33,854 nucleotides of DNA from a virus (lineage: Duplodnaviria > Heunggongvirae > Uroviricota > Caudoviricetes). The stretch is taken from the IMG/VR virus record IMGVR_UViG_2654588006_000001; one strand, written 5' to 3'. The notes beneath the pieces were generated by a model. That model was not told where the DNA came from, did not search any database, and worked only from the letters and a program-made list of their open reading frames with translations. Positions 8,338-17,583 of the stretch are shown here, piece after piece. The first letter of the stretch is position 1; each line of letters starts with the position of its first letter. Made by a program: the position numbers and the translations under genes.

Positions 8338-9372
8338 TCAACCGTTGTCAGTGTCCAGTGAGTAGTTTTTAAAGCGGATGACCTCCTGACCGAGCCAGCC
8401 GTTTATTTCCCGAATTCTGTCCTGTAACGGGATAAGCTCATTGCGGACAAAGACCTTTGCCACTTTCTCAATATCTCCCAGTGACCCGACGTTCTCCGGC
8501 TTGCCGCCCATCAACTGAAAGGGGATACGGTGCGCGTCCAGCAGGTCAGCGGCGCTGGCTTTTTTGATATTAAAAAAATCGTCCTTCGTTGCCACTTCAC
8601 TGAGCGGGATAATTTTAATGCCGTCGGCTTTCCCCTGTGGGGCATAGAGAAACAGATTTTTAAAGTTATTGCGGCCTTTCGACTTAACCATGTTTTCGCG
8701 AAGCATTTCGATATCGTTGCGGTCCTGCACGGCATCGGTGACGTACATGATGTATCCGGCATGTGCGCCGTTTTCGTAATACTTGCGGCGGAACAGCGTG
8801 GCCGACTCATTCAGCCAGGCAGAGTTAAGGGCGCTGAGATATTCCGGCAGGCCGTACAGCTCCTGATTAATATCAGGCTCCAGCAGGTGAAACACGGAGC
8901 CGGGCGCGAAGGCTGTCGGCTCGTTGAAGGACGGCACCCACCAGTAAACATCCTCCTCCACGCCACGACGGGTATATTTGGCCGGTGAGGTTTCCAGTCT
9001 GATTACCTTACCGGTGGTGCTGTAACGCTTTTCCAGAAACGCATTACCGAACACCAGAAAATCCAGCACAAAGCGGCTGAAATCCTGCTGGGAAATCCAC
9101 GGATGCGGGATAAATGTCGAGGCCAGAATATTGCGTTTGACGTAAATCGGTGAGCTGTGATGCACGGCAGCACGCAGGCTTTTCGCCAGACCGGTAAAGC
9201 TGACCGGCGGCTCATACCATCTGCCGTTACTGATGCACTCGACGTAATCCAGAATGTCACGGCGGTCGAGTACCGGCACCGGCTCACCAAAGGTGAAAGC
9301 CTCCATTTTCGGGGCGCTGGCGGTCATTTTTTTTGCCTCAGGTTGCGGTGTTTTCCCTTTTTTCTTGCTCAT
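8338..9372 (-). CDS. Q: Portal protein gpQ, 344 aa
   Basis: Synteny next to cos; length equals P2 Q as recalled; start ATG overlaps P stop (TGATG). Confidence 0.9.
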   Translation of the reverse strand: MSKKKGKTPQPEAKKMTASAPKMEAFTFGEPVPVLDRRDILDYVECISNGRWYEPPVSFTGLAKSLRAAVHHSSPIYVKRNILASTFIPHPWISQQDFSRFVLDFLVFGNAFLEKRYSTTGKVIRLETSPAKYTRRGVEEDVYWWVPSFNEPTAFAPGSVFHLLEPDINQELYGLPEYLSALNSAWLNESATLFRRKYYENGAHAGYIMYVTDAVQDRNDIEMLRENMVKSKGRNNFKNLFLYAPQGKADGIKIIPLSEVATKDDFFNIKKASAADLLDAHRIPFQLMGGKPENVGSLGDIEKVAKVFVRNELIPLQDRIREINGWLGQEVIRFKNYSLDTDNG

Positions 9373-11144
9373 CAGTAAAACTCCAGAATGGTGGATGTCA
9401 GTGGGGTGCTGATACCGGCGGTGAGTGGCTCATTTAACAGGGCGTGCATGGTCGCCCAGGCGAGGTCGGCGTGGCTGGCTTCCTCGCTGCGGCTGGCCTC
9501 ATAGGTGGCGCTGCGTCCGCTGCTGGTCATGGTCTTGCGGATAGCCATAAACGAGCTGGTGATGTCGGTGGCGCTGACGTCATATTCCAGACAGCCACGG
9601 CGGATGACGTCTTTTGCCTTGAGCACCATTGCGGTTTTCATTTCCGGCGTGTAGCGGATATCGCGCGCGGCGGGATAGAACGAGCGAACGAGCTGGAACA
9701 CGCCGACACCGAGGCCGGTGGCATCAATTCCGATGTATTCGACGTTGTATTTTTCGGTGAGTTTGCGGATGGATTCAGCCTGGGTGGCAAAGTCCATGCC
9801 TTTCCACTGGTGACGCTCAAGTATTCTGAATTTGCCACCGGCCACCACCGGCGGTGCCAGTACCACGCATCCGGCGCTGTCGCCACGGTGTGACGGGTCG
9901 TAACCAATCCATACCGGGCGGGATCCGAACGGATTGGCGGCAAACGGCGCATAGTCTTCCCATTCTTCCAGCGTGTCGACCATGCAGCGTTGCAGCTCCT
10001 CGAACGGGAACACCGACGCCTTGTCGTCAACAAATTCACACATGAACAGGTTTTTAAAATCGTCGGCGCTGTTTTCGCGTTTAAGCTGCTCAATGTCGAA
10101 CAGCGTGCAGCCACCTTTCAGGGCGTCCTCAATGGTGACAATCTGCCGCCACTGGCCGTCCGCACAGAGAAGCCCACCGGCAAGGGCGTTATGACTGACG
10201 TCGATTTCCACGCGTTCAGCGGCGCTGGCGCGTCCCCGGTTAAACAGTTCACCCGACCAGAACGGGTAGGCGTCGTGCGCCAGCGTGGACGGGGTGGAGA
10301 AATAGGTCGAGCGCAGGTGACTCTGTGAGGCCATACCTGATGCCACCTTACGCAGTACCTGAAAATTCGGGATCCAGAAAATCTCATCGACGTACAGGTC
10401 GCCGTTATGGCTCTGTGCGGTGTTGGAATTGGTGCCGAGAAAAATCAGTTTTGCGCCGTTATTGCCCAGGACAATCGGGTCACCGGTAAGGTCAACGTCA
10501 ACCAGACGGGCAAAGGCGATGATGTATTCACGGAACACATACGCCTGCGTTTTACTGGCCGACAGAAAAATCTGGTTATGGCCGGTTTTCAGGGCGCGCA
10601 GCAGCGCCTCGCGGGAAAAATAAAACGTCGCGCCAATCTGGCGGGATTTCAGGATATCGCGGATGCGGTGCTCAAGCCCGGCGCGATACCAGTGCAACTG
10701 ATAGTCGAAAGACTGCTCAAAGAAAATCTGCTCCAGCTTTTCGATGGCCTCGTCACTGAAAAAATTCTTTTTCGGTTTGCGACGCCCGCCTTTGTTGCGG
10801 TTAGCGACGTTCGGATTAAGGTCTGCCTCGTTGCCGGTCTGACTGTAACGGTTGACCCGTGCCAGTCGTTCAATCTGGCGTCCGAGCAGGTCAATTTCCT
10901 TGAAGTCACCGCCGGTTTTCTGCGGTTTGATGATGAGCTGGGTCAGCCGCGCTTCCAGACTCATTTCGACACGGCTGATGGGGGCAACGCTGTCCCAGCC
11001 GTCGCGCTGCTTCCAGATCTGCACCGTCGGGCGTTTCATCTGCAACATGGCGGCAATCTGCGGCACGGAAAATCCCTGCCAGTACAGCAGCGCCGCCTGA
11101 CGACGCGGGTCGTGTAAAAGAGTGGTGTCTGTGGTGATGGTCAT
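9372..11144 (-). CDS. P: Terminase large subunit gpP, 590 aa
   Basis: Synteny; start taken at internal MTITTD (ATG 11144), giving the 590 aa recalled for P2 P. Confidence 0.9.
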   Translation of the reverse strand: MTITTDTTLLHDPRRQAALLYWQGFSVPQIAAMLQMKRPTVQIWKQRDGWDSVAPISRVEMSLEARLTQLIIKPQKTGGDFKEIDLLGRQIERLARVNRYSQTGNEADLNPNVANRNKGGRRKPKKNFFSDEAIEKLEQIFFEQSFDYQLHWYRAGLEHRIRDILKSRQIGATFYFSREALLRALKTGHNQIFLSASKTQAYVFREYIIAFARLVDVDLTGDPIVLGNNGAKLIFLGTNSNTAQSHNGDLYVDEIFWIPNFQVLRKVASGMASQSHLRSTYFSTPSTLAHDAYPFWSGELFNRGRASAAERVEIDVSHNALAGGLLCADGQWRQIVTIEDALKGGCTLFDIEQLKRENSADDFKNLFMCEFVDDKASVFPFEELQRCMVDTLEEWEDYAPFAANPFGSRPVWIGYDPSHRGDSAGCVVLAPPVVAGGKFRILERHQWKGMDFATQAESIRKLTEKYNVEYIGIDATGLGVGVFQLVRSFYPAARDIRYTPEMKTAMVLKAKDVIRRGCLEYDVSATDITSSFMAIRKTMTSSGRSATYEASRSEEASHADLAWATMHALLNEPLTAGISTPLTSTILEFY

Positions 11145-11317
11145 GAATACCTCGCCGTGATGAATACACGGCAAGGCTACTGAGTCGCGCCCCGCGATTC
11201 GCTAAGGTGCTGTTGTGTCAGTGATAAGCCATCCGGGACTGATGGCGGAGGATGCGCATCGTCGGGAAACTGATGCCGACATGTGACTCCTCTAATCACT
11301 ATTCAGGACTCCTGACA

Positions 11318-12172
11318 ATGGCAAAAAAAGTCTCAAAATTCTTTCGTATCGGCGTTGAGGGTGACACCTGTGACGGGCGTGTCATCAGTGCGCAGGATAT
11401 TCAGGAAATGGCCGAAACCTTTGACCCGCGTGTCTACGGTTGCCGCATTAACCTGGAACATCTGCGCGGCATCCTGCCTGACGGTATTTTTAAACGTTAT
11501 GGCGATGTGGTCGAACTGAAGGCCGAAAAGATTGATGACGATTCGGCGCTGAAAGGCAAATGGGCGCTGTTTGCGAAAATCACCCCGACCGATGACCTTA
11601 TCGCGATGAACAAGGCCGCGCAGAAGGTCTACACCTCAATGGAAATTCAGCCGAACTTTGCCAACACCGGCAAATGTTATCTGGTGGGGCTGGCCGTCAC
11701 CGATGACCCGGCAAGCCTCGGCACGGAATACCTGGAATTCTGCCGCACGGCAAAACACAACCCCCTGAACCGCTTCAAATTAAGCCCTGAAAACCTGATT
11801 TCAGTGGCAACGCCCGTTGAGCTGGAATTTGAAGACCTGCCTGAAACCGTGTTCACCGCCCTGACCGAAAAGGTGAAATCCATTTTTGGCCGCAAACAGG
11901 CCAGCGATGACGCCCGTCTGAATGACGTGCATGAAGCGGTGACCGCTGTTGCTGAACATGTGCAGGAAAAACTGAGCGCCACTGAGCAGCGCCTCGCTGA
12001 GGTGGAAACCGCCTTTTCCGCACTTAAGCAGGAGGTGACTGACAGGGCGGATGAAACCAGTCAGGCATTCAGCCGCCTGAAAAACAGTCTCGACAACACC
12101 GAAAGTCTGACCCAGCAGCGCCGCAGCAAGGCCACCGGTGGTGGCGGTGACGCCCTGATGACGAACTGCTGA
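11318..12172 (+). CDS. O: Capsid scaffold protein gpO, 284 aa
   Basis: Divergent from P; start at MAKKVSKF gives the 284 aa recalled for P2 O. Confidence 0.88.
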   Translation: MAKKVSKFFRIGVEGDTCDGRVISAQDIQEMAETFDPRVYGCRINLEHLRGILPDGIFKRYGDVVELKAEKIDDDSALKGKWALFAKITPTDDLIAMNKAAQKVYTSMEIQPNFANTGKCYLVGLAVTDDPASLGTEYLEFCRTAKHNPLNRFKLSPENLISVATPVELEFEDLPETVFTALTEKVKSIFGRKQASDDARLNDVHEAVTAVAEHVQEKLSATEQRLAEVETAFSALKQEVTDRADETSQAFSRLKNSLDNTESLTQQRRSKATGGGGDALMTNC

Positions 12173-12230
12173 CCGGCGTCAGTCAGTCCGGGAAAACCTT
12201 CACGATTAACCCTTAATTTCAGGAAAAACT

Positions 12231-13304
12231 ATGCGCCAGGAAACCCGCTTTAAATTTAATGCCTACCTGTCCCGTGTTGCCGAACTGAACGGCATCGACG
12301 CCGGTGATGTGTCGAAAAAATTCACCGTTGAACCGTCGGTCACCCAGACCCTGATGAACACCATGCAGGAGTCCTCTGACTTTCTGACCCGCATCAACAT
12401 TGTGCCGGTCAGCGAAATGAAAGGGGAAAAAATTGGTATTGGTGTCACCGGCTCCATCGCCAGCACCACCGACACCGCCGGTGGCACCGAGCGTCAGCCG
12501 AAGGACTTCTCGAAGCTGGCGTCAAACAAGTACGAATGCGACCAGATTAACTTCGATTTTTATATCCGCTACAAAACGCTGGACCTGTGGGCGCGTTATC
12601 AGGATTTCCAGCTCCGTGTCCGTAACGCCATTATCAAACGCCAGTCCCTTGATTTCATCATGGCCGGTTTTAACGGCGTGAGGCGTGCCGAAACCTCTGA
12701 CCGCAGCAGCAATCCGATGCTGCAGGATGTGGCGGTCGGCTGGCTGCAGAAATACCGCAATGAAGCCCCGGCGCGCGTGATGAGCAAGGTTACTGACGAG
12801 GAAGGTCACACGACCTCTGAGGTCATCCGCGTGGGTAAGGGCGGTGATTATGCCAGCCTCGATGCACTGGTGATGGATGCGACCAACAACCTGATTGAGC
12901 CGTGGTATCAGGAAGACCCTGACCTTGTGGTGATTGTGGGGCGTCAGCTACTGGCGGACAAGTATTTCCCCATCGTCAACAAGGAGCAGGACAACAGCGA
13001 AATGCTGGCCGCTGACGTCATCATCAGCCAGAAACGCATCGGTAACCTGCCGGCGGTACGCGTCCCGTACTTCCCGGCGGATGCGATGCTCATCACGAAG
13101 CTGGAAAACCTGTCCATCTACTACATGGATGACAGCCATCGCCGCGTGATTGTGGAAAACCCGAAACTCGACCGCGTGGAGAACTACGAGTCAATGAACA
13201 TTGATTACGTGGTGGAAGACTACGCCGCCGGTTGTCTGGTGGAAAAAATTAAGGTCGGTGATTTCTCCACACCGGCTAAAGCGACCGCAGAGCCGGGAGC
13301 GTAA
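12231..13304 (+). CDS. N: Major capsid protein gpN, 357 aa
   Basis: Synteny and length. Confidence 0.9.
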   Translation: MRQETRFKFNAYLSRVAELNGIDAGDVSKKFTVEPSVTQTLMNTMQESSDFLTRINIVPVSEMKGEKIGIGVTGSIASTTDTAGGTERQPKDFSKLASNKYECDQINFDFYIRYKTLDLWARYQDFQLRVRNAIIKRQSLDFIMAGFNGVRRAETSDRSSNPMLQDVAVGWLQKYRNEAPARVMSKVTDEEGHTTSEVIRVGKGGDYASLDALVMDATNNLIEPWYQEDPDLVVIVGRQLLADKYFPIVNKEQDNSEMLAADVIISQKRIGNLPAVRVPYFPADAMLITKLENLSIYYMDDSHRRVIVENPKLDRVENYESMNIDYVVEDYAAGCLVEKIKVGDFSTPAKATAEPGA

Positions 13305-13307
13305 CCG

Positions 13308-14045
13308 ATGACGAGTCCCGCACAGCGCCACATGATGCGGGTCTCGGCAGCGATGACCGCGCAGCGGGAAGCCGCCCCGCTGCGACATGCAACTGTCTAT
13401 GAGCAGATGCTGGTTAAGCTCGCCGCAGACCAGCGCACACTGAAAGCGATTTATTCAAAAGAGCTGAAGGCCGCGAAAAAGCGCGAACTGCTGCCGTTCT
13501 GGTTGCCGTGGGTGAACGGCGTGCTGGAGCAGGGCAAAGGCGCACAGGATGACATTCTGATGACGGTCATGCTGTGGCGTCTGGATACCGGCGATATTGC
13601 CGGTGCGCTGGAGATTGCCCGTTATGCCCTGAAGTACGGTCTGACCATGCCGGGTAAACACCGCCGTACCCCGCCGTACATGTTCACCGAGGAGGTGGCG
13701 CTTGCGGCCATGCGCGCTCACGCTGCCGGTGAATCCGTGGATACCCGTCTGCTGACGGACACCCTTGAACTGACCGCCACGGCTGACATGCCTGATGAAG
13801 TGCGCGCAAAGCTGCACAAAATCACCGGTCTGTTTCTGCGTGACGCTGGTGATGCCGCCGGTGCGCTGGCGCACCTGCAACGTGCGACACAGCTCGACTG
13901 TCAGGCAGGCGTCAAAAAAGAGATTGAACGACTGGAGCGGGAGCTGAAACCGAAGCCGCAGCCCAAAGCGGCCACCCGCGCCCCACGTAAGACCCGGAGC
14001 GTGACACCGGCAAAACGTGGACGCCCGAAAAAGAAAGCCAGTTAA
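13308..14045 (+). CDS. M: Terminase small (endonuclease) subunit gpM
   Basis: Synteny; basic C-terminal tail (…RKTRSVTPAKRGRPKKKAS). Confidence 0.85.
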   Translation: MTSPAQRHMMRVSAAMTAQREAAPLRHATVYEQMLVKLAADQRTLKAIYSKELKAAKKRELLPFWLPWVNGVLEQGKGAQDDILMTVMLWRLDTGDIAGALEIARYALKYGLTMPGKHRRTPPYMFTEEVALAAMRAHAAGESVDTRLLTDTLELTATADMPDEVRAKLHKITGLFLRDAGDAAGALAHLQRATQLDCQAGVKKEIERLERELKPKPQPKAATRAPRKTRSVTPAKRGRPKKKAS

Positions 14046-14144
14046 CAACCGAATGCGCCCCGCGCCAGGGCGGCACGCCGGTCAGTGAGGGTGAATCACC
14101 TGACACTGCACCGGCGTCCACCGCCCGACTTTTCAGAGGTAGTC

Positions 14145-14654
14145 ATGATGACGCTGATTATTCCGCGAAAGGAGGCTCCCGTGTCCGGTGAGGGTACGGT
14201 GGTCATCCCGCAACCGGCAGGCGACGAGCCGGTGATTAAAAACACGTTCTTTTTTCCCGATATCGACCCGAAGCGCGTCCGGGAACGTATGCGCCTTGAG
14301 CAGACCGTCGCCCCCGCCCGTCTGCGTGAGGCCATCAAGTCAGGCATGGCAGAGACGAATGCGGAGCTGTACGAGTACCGCGAACAGAAAATTGCCGCCG
14401 GTTTTACGCGTCTGGCGGACGTCCCGGCGGACGACATCGACGGTGAAAGCATCAAGGTTTTTTACTACGAGCGCGCCGTGTGTGCGATGGCGACCGCGTC
14501 GCTTTATGAGCGTTACCGCGGCGTGGATGCCAGTGCGAAAGGCGACAAGAAGGCCGACAGCATTGACAGCACCATTGATGAGCTGTGGCGGGATATGCGC
14601 TGGGCGGTGGCGCGTATCCAGGACAAGCCGCGCTGCATCGTGAGTCAAATCTGA
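14145..14654 (+). CDS. L: Capsid completion protein gpL, 169 aa
   Basis: Synteny; start at MMTLIIP preceded by gagg RBS gives 169 aa. Confidence 0.85.
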   Translation: MMTLIIPRKEAPVSGEGTVVIPQPAGDEPVIKNTFFFPDIDPKRVRERMRLEQTVAPARLREAIKSGMAETNAELYEYREQKIAAGFTRLADVPADDIDGESIKVFYYERAVCAMATASLYERYRGVDASAKGDKKADSIDSTIDELWRDMRWAVARIQDKPRCIVSQI

Positions 14655-14857
14655 TGAAGACCTTTGCGCTACAGGGCGACACGCTCGACGCCATCTGTGT
14701 CCGGTATTACGGGCGCACTGAGGGCGTGGTCGAAGCCGTGCTCGCCGTAAATCCGGGACTGGCTGAACTGGGTGCGGTGCTGCCACACGGCACCGCCGTC
14801 GAACTGCCCGACGTTCAGACCGCGCCCGTGGCTGAAACTGTCAATCTGTGGGAGTAA
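14654..14857 (+). CDS. X: Tail protein gpX (LysM-like), 67 aa
   Basis: ATG overlaps L stop (ATGA); 67 aa; synteny. Confidence 0.85.
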   Translation: MKTFALQGDTLDAICVRYYGRTEGVVEAVLAVNPGLAELGAVLPHGTAVELPDVQTAPVAETVNLWE

Positions 14858-14860
14858 CGC

Positions 14861-15142
14861 ATGACAGCAGAAGAAAAAAGCGTCCTGTCGCTTTTCATGA
14901 TTGGGGTGCTGATTGTTGTCGGCAAGGTGCTTGCCGGTGGTGAACCCATCACCCCGCGTCTGTTTATCGGGCGCATGTTGCTCGGTGGTTTTGTCTCGAT
15001 GGTTGCCGGTGTTGTTCTGGTGCAGTTCCCTGACCTGTCACTGCCTGCGGTGTGCGGTATCGGCTCCATGCTGGGTATCGCCGGTTATCAGGTGATTGAG
15101 ATTGCCATTCAGCGCCGCTTTAAGGGCAGGGGGAAACAGTAA
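14861..15142 (+). CDS. Y: Holin gpY, 93 aa
   Basis: Hydrophobic TM segments in translation; immediately precedes endolysin. Confidence 0.88.
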   Translation: MTAEEKSVLSLFMIGVLIVVGKVLAGGEPITPRLFIGRMLLGGFVSMVAGVVLVQFPDLSLPAVCGIGSMLGIAGYQVIEIAIQRRFKGRGKQ

Positions 15143-15639
15143 TGCCGGTAATTAACACGCATCAGAATATCGCTGCCTTTCTCGACATGCTGGCCGTGTC
15201 CGAAGGGACGGCGAATCATCCGCTGACGAAAAACCGGGGCTATGACGTGATAGTCACCGGACTGGACGGGAAGCCGGAAATTTTCACCGACTACAGTGAC
15301 CACCCGTTCGCGCATGGCCGACCGGCGAAGGTGTTTAACCGTCGCGGTGAAAAATCCACGGCCTCCGGTCGCTATCAGCAGCTTTACCTGTTCTGGCCGC
15401 ACTACCGCAAACAGCTTGCCCTGCCGGATTTCAGTCCGTTGTCACAGGACAGGCTCGCCATTCAGTTGATCCGCGAACGCGGTGCACTGGATGACATCCG
15501 GGCGGGACGCATTGAGCGCGCCATTTCACGCTGTCGCAATATCTGGGCGTCCCTGCCGGGTGCCGGTTACGGTCAGCGTGAGCATTCACTGGAAAAACTG
15601 GTCACCGTCTGGCGTACCGCCGGCGGCGTACCGGCTTAA
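15142..15639 (+). CDS. K: Endolysin (phage lysozyme) gpK, 165 aa
   Basis: Synteny in lysis cassette; lysozyme-like N-terminal region (…LAVSEGT…). Confidence 0.88.
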   Translation: MPVINTHQNIAAFLDMLAVSEGTANHPLTKNRGYDVIVTGLDGKPEIFTDYSDHPFAHGRPAKVFNRRGEKSTASGRYQQLYLFWPHYRKQLALPDFSPLSQDRLAIQLIRERGALDDIRAGRIERAISRCRNIWASLPGAGYGQREHSLEKLVTVWRTAGGVPA

Positions 15640-15653
15640 ACGGAGTAAACACC

Positions 15654-16079
15654 ATGAAGAAATTATCCCTTTCACTGATGCTGAACGTGTCGCTGGCGCT
15701 GATGCTGGCACTGTCCCTGATTTACCCGCAGAGCGTGGCCGTCAATTTTGTCGCCGCCTGGGCGATTCTGGCGACGGTTATCTGTGTGGTTGCCGGTGGT
15801 GTCGGTGTGTATGCCACTGAGTATGTACTGGAACGCTACGGACGGGAGCTGCCGCCGGAATCGCTGGCCGTGAAGATTGTCACGTCGCTGTTTTTGCAGC
15901 CGGTGCCGTGGCGCAGACGGGCAGTAGCTCTGGTGGTGATGGTGGCGACATTTATCTCGCTGGTCGCTGCCGGGTGGATTTTTACCGCGCTGATTTATCT
16001 CGTGGCATCGGTGTTCTTCCGGCTGATACGTACGGCCTGCCGTCAGCGTTTTGAGGGGCGGGAACCATGTCAAGGCTGA
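15654..16079 (+). CDS. lysA: Lysis timing membrane protein LysA, 141 aa
   Basis: Multi-TM hydrophobic protein following K. Confidence 0.8.
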   Translation: MKKLSLSLMLNVSLALMLALSLIYPQSVAVNFVAAWAILATVICVVAGGVGVYATEYVLERYGRELPPESLAVKIVTSLFLQPVPWRRRAVALVVMVATFISLVAAGWIFTALIYLVASVFFRLIRTACRQRFEGREPCQG

Positions 16080-16492
16080 TGATTGTGCTGGTCGTGTTGT
16101 TATCGCTGGCGGTGGCGGGTCTGTTTCTGGCGAAGCATAAAAACGCCAGCCTGCGCACCTCACTGGACAGGGCAAACAACGTAGCCAGCGAGCAACAGGC
16201 GACCATCACCATGCTGAAAAATCAGCTTCATGTTGCGCTCACCAGGGCAGACAAAAACGAGCTGGCGCAGGTGGCACTGCGTCAGGAACTGGAAAACGCC
16301 GCGAAGCGTGAAGCTCAGCGCGAGAAAACCATCACGAGATTACTCAATGAAAACGAAGATTTCCGCCGCTGGTATGGCGCTGACCTGCCTGATGCTGTGC
16401 GCCGGTTGCACCAGCGCCCCGCCTGCATCGACGCCAGTGATTGTCCACAACGCCTGCCCGAAAGTGAGTCTTTGCCCGATGCCGGGCAGTGA
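16067..16492 (+). CDS. lysB: i-spanin (Rz-like) LysB, 141 aa
   Basis: N-terminal TM anchor followed by coiled-coil-like region; contains embedded lysC. Confidence 0.8.
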   Translation: MSRLMIVLVVLLSLAVAGLFLAKHKNASLRTSLDRANNVASEQQATITMLKNQLHVALTRADKNELAQVALRQELENAAKREAQREKTITRLLNENEDFRRWYGADLPDAVRRLHQRPACIDASDCPQRLPESESLPDAGQ

Positions 16493-16637
16493 CCCGCAGA
16501 CGAACGGCGATTTAAGTGCCGATATCCGGCAGCTTGAGAACGCGCTGGCACGCTGTGCCAGCCAGGTAAAAATGATTAAACACTGTCAGGACGAAAACGA
16601 TGCTCAAACCCGACAGCCTGCGCAGGGCGCTGACTGA
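16347..16637 (+). CDS. lysC: o-spanin (Rz1-like lipoprotein) LysC, 96 aa, embedded in +1 frame of lysB
   Basis: Internal ATG gives MKTKISAAGMALTCLMLCAGC… with lipobox LCAGC, Pro-rich mature part. Confidence 0.8.
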   Translation: MKTKISAAGMALTCLMLCAGCTSAPPASTPVIVHNACPKVSLCPMPGSDPQTNGDLSADIRQLENALARCASQVKMIKHCQDENDAQTRQPAQGAD

Positions 16638-17067
16638 TGCCGTCACGGTGCTGAAAACTAACCCCGATATGCTTCGGATATTCGTGGATAACGGGAGTAT
16701 TGCCTCCACACTGGCGACGTCGCTGTCATTCGAAAAGCGTTACACGCTCAATGTCATTGTGACCGATTTTACCGGTGATTTTGACCTGCTCATCGTGCCG
16801 GTGCTGGCGTGGCTGCGGGAAAATCAGCCCGACATCATGACCACCGACGAAGGCCAGAAAAAAGGCTTCACGTTTTATGCAGACATCAACAATGACAGCA
16901 GCTTTGATATCAGTATCAGCCTGATGCTGACCGAACGCACGCTGGTCAGTGAGGTGGGCGGCGCGCTGCATGTGAAGAATATCCCGGAACCCCCGCCGCC
17001 GGAGCCGGTCACCCGCCCGATGGAGCTTTATATCAATGGCGAACTGGTGAGTAAGTGGGATGAATGA
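16600..17067 (+). CDS. R: Tail completion protein gpR, 155 aa
   Basis: Synteny and length. Confidence 0.85.
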   Translation: MLKPDSLRRALTDAVTVLKTNPDMLRIFVDNGSIASTLATSLSFEKRYTLNVIVTDFTGDFDLLIVPVLAWLRENQPDIMTTDEGQKKGFTFYADINNDSSFDISISLMLTERTLVSEVGGALHVKNIPEPPPPEPVTRPMELYINGELVSKWDE

Positions 17068-17512
17068 GTTTAAGCGTTTTGAAGACCGGCTGACCGGACT
17101 GATTGAGTCGCTGTCACCGTCTGGGCGTCGGCGACTGAGTGCCGAACTGGCGAAACGTCTGCGGCAGAGTCAGCAGCGTCGGGTGATGGCACAGAAAGCC
17201 CCGGACGGCACACCCTACGCGCCACGCCAGCAGCAGAGCGTCAGAAAAAAGACCGGTCGCGTTAAGCGAAAAATGTTTGCGAAACTTATTACCAGTCGTT
17301 TTTTGCATATCCGTGCCAGCCCGGAGCAGGCATCAATGGAATTTTACGGCGGGAAGTCGCCGAAAATCGCCAGTGTGCATCAGTTTGGTCTGTCGGAAGA
17401 AAACCGGAAAGACGGTAAGAAAATTGATTATCCGGCGCGTCCCCTGCTCGGCTTTACCGGTGAGGATGTGCAGATGATTGAAGAGATTATCCTGGCTCAC
17501 CTTGAGCGTTAG
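17060..17512 (+). CDS. S: Tail completion protein gpS, 150 aa
   Basis: Synteny and length. Confidence 0.85.
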   Translation: MNEFKRFEDRLTGLIESLSPSGRRRLSAELAKRLRQSQQRRVMAQKAPDGTPYAPRQQQSVRKKTGRVKRKMFAKLITSRFLHIRASPEQASMEFYGGKSPKIASVHQFGLSEENRKDGKKIDYPARPLLGFTGEDVQMIEEIILAHLER

Positions 17513-17542
17513 TTTTATCCAGGCAGAGGCTGATGCGCAATT

Positions 17543-17577
17543 AAACATTGAGCGGCCATGCTGGTCGCTCAATGTTT
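17543..17577. terminator. Bidirectional hairpin between convergent S and the antisense cargo gene
   Basis: Perfect 12-bp stem aaacattgagcg / cgctcaatgttt with 11-nt loop; U-tracts weak. Confidence 0.55.
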
Positions 17578-17583
17578 AGAGGT

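Noticed and set aside
9444-11117. Multiple antisense or alternative-frame ORFs (9444..9893, 9638..10114, 9990..10328, 10407..11117 and others) overlapping P
   Set aside because: GC-rich coding regions commonly give long spurious open frames; P occupies the region with correct synteny and coupling to Q.
11175-11317. Ogr-dependent late promoter elements (TGT-N12-ACA) in the P/O divergent region and upstream of V and FI
   Set aside because: I looked for exact TGT-N12-ACA dyads and could not identify convincing matches by eye; late promoters are expected here but are not annotated.
13455-14048. 197-aa minus-strand ORF overlapping M
   Set aside because: Entirely antisense to the terminase small subunit gene in a GC-rich region; no independent support.
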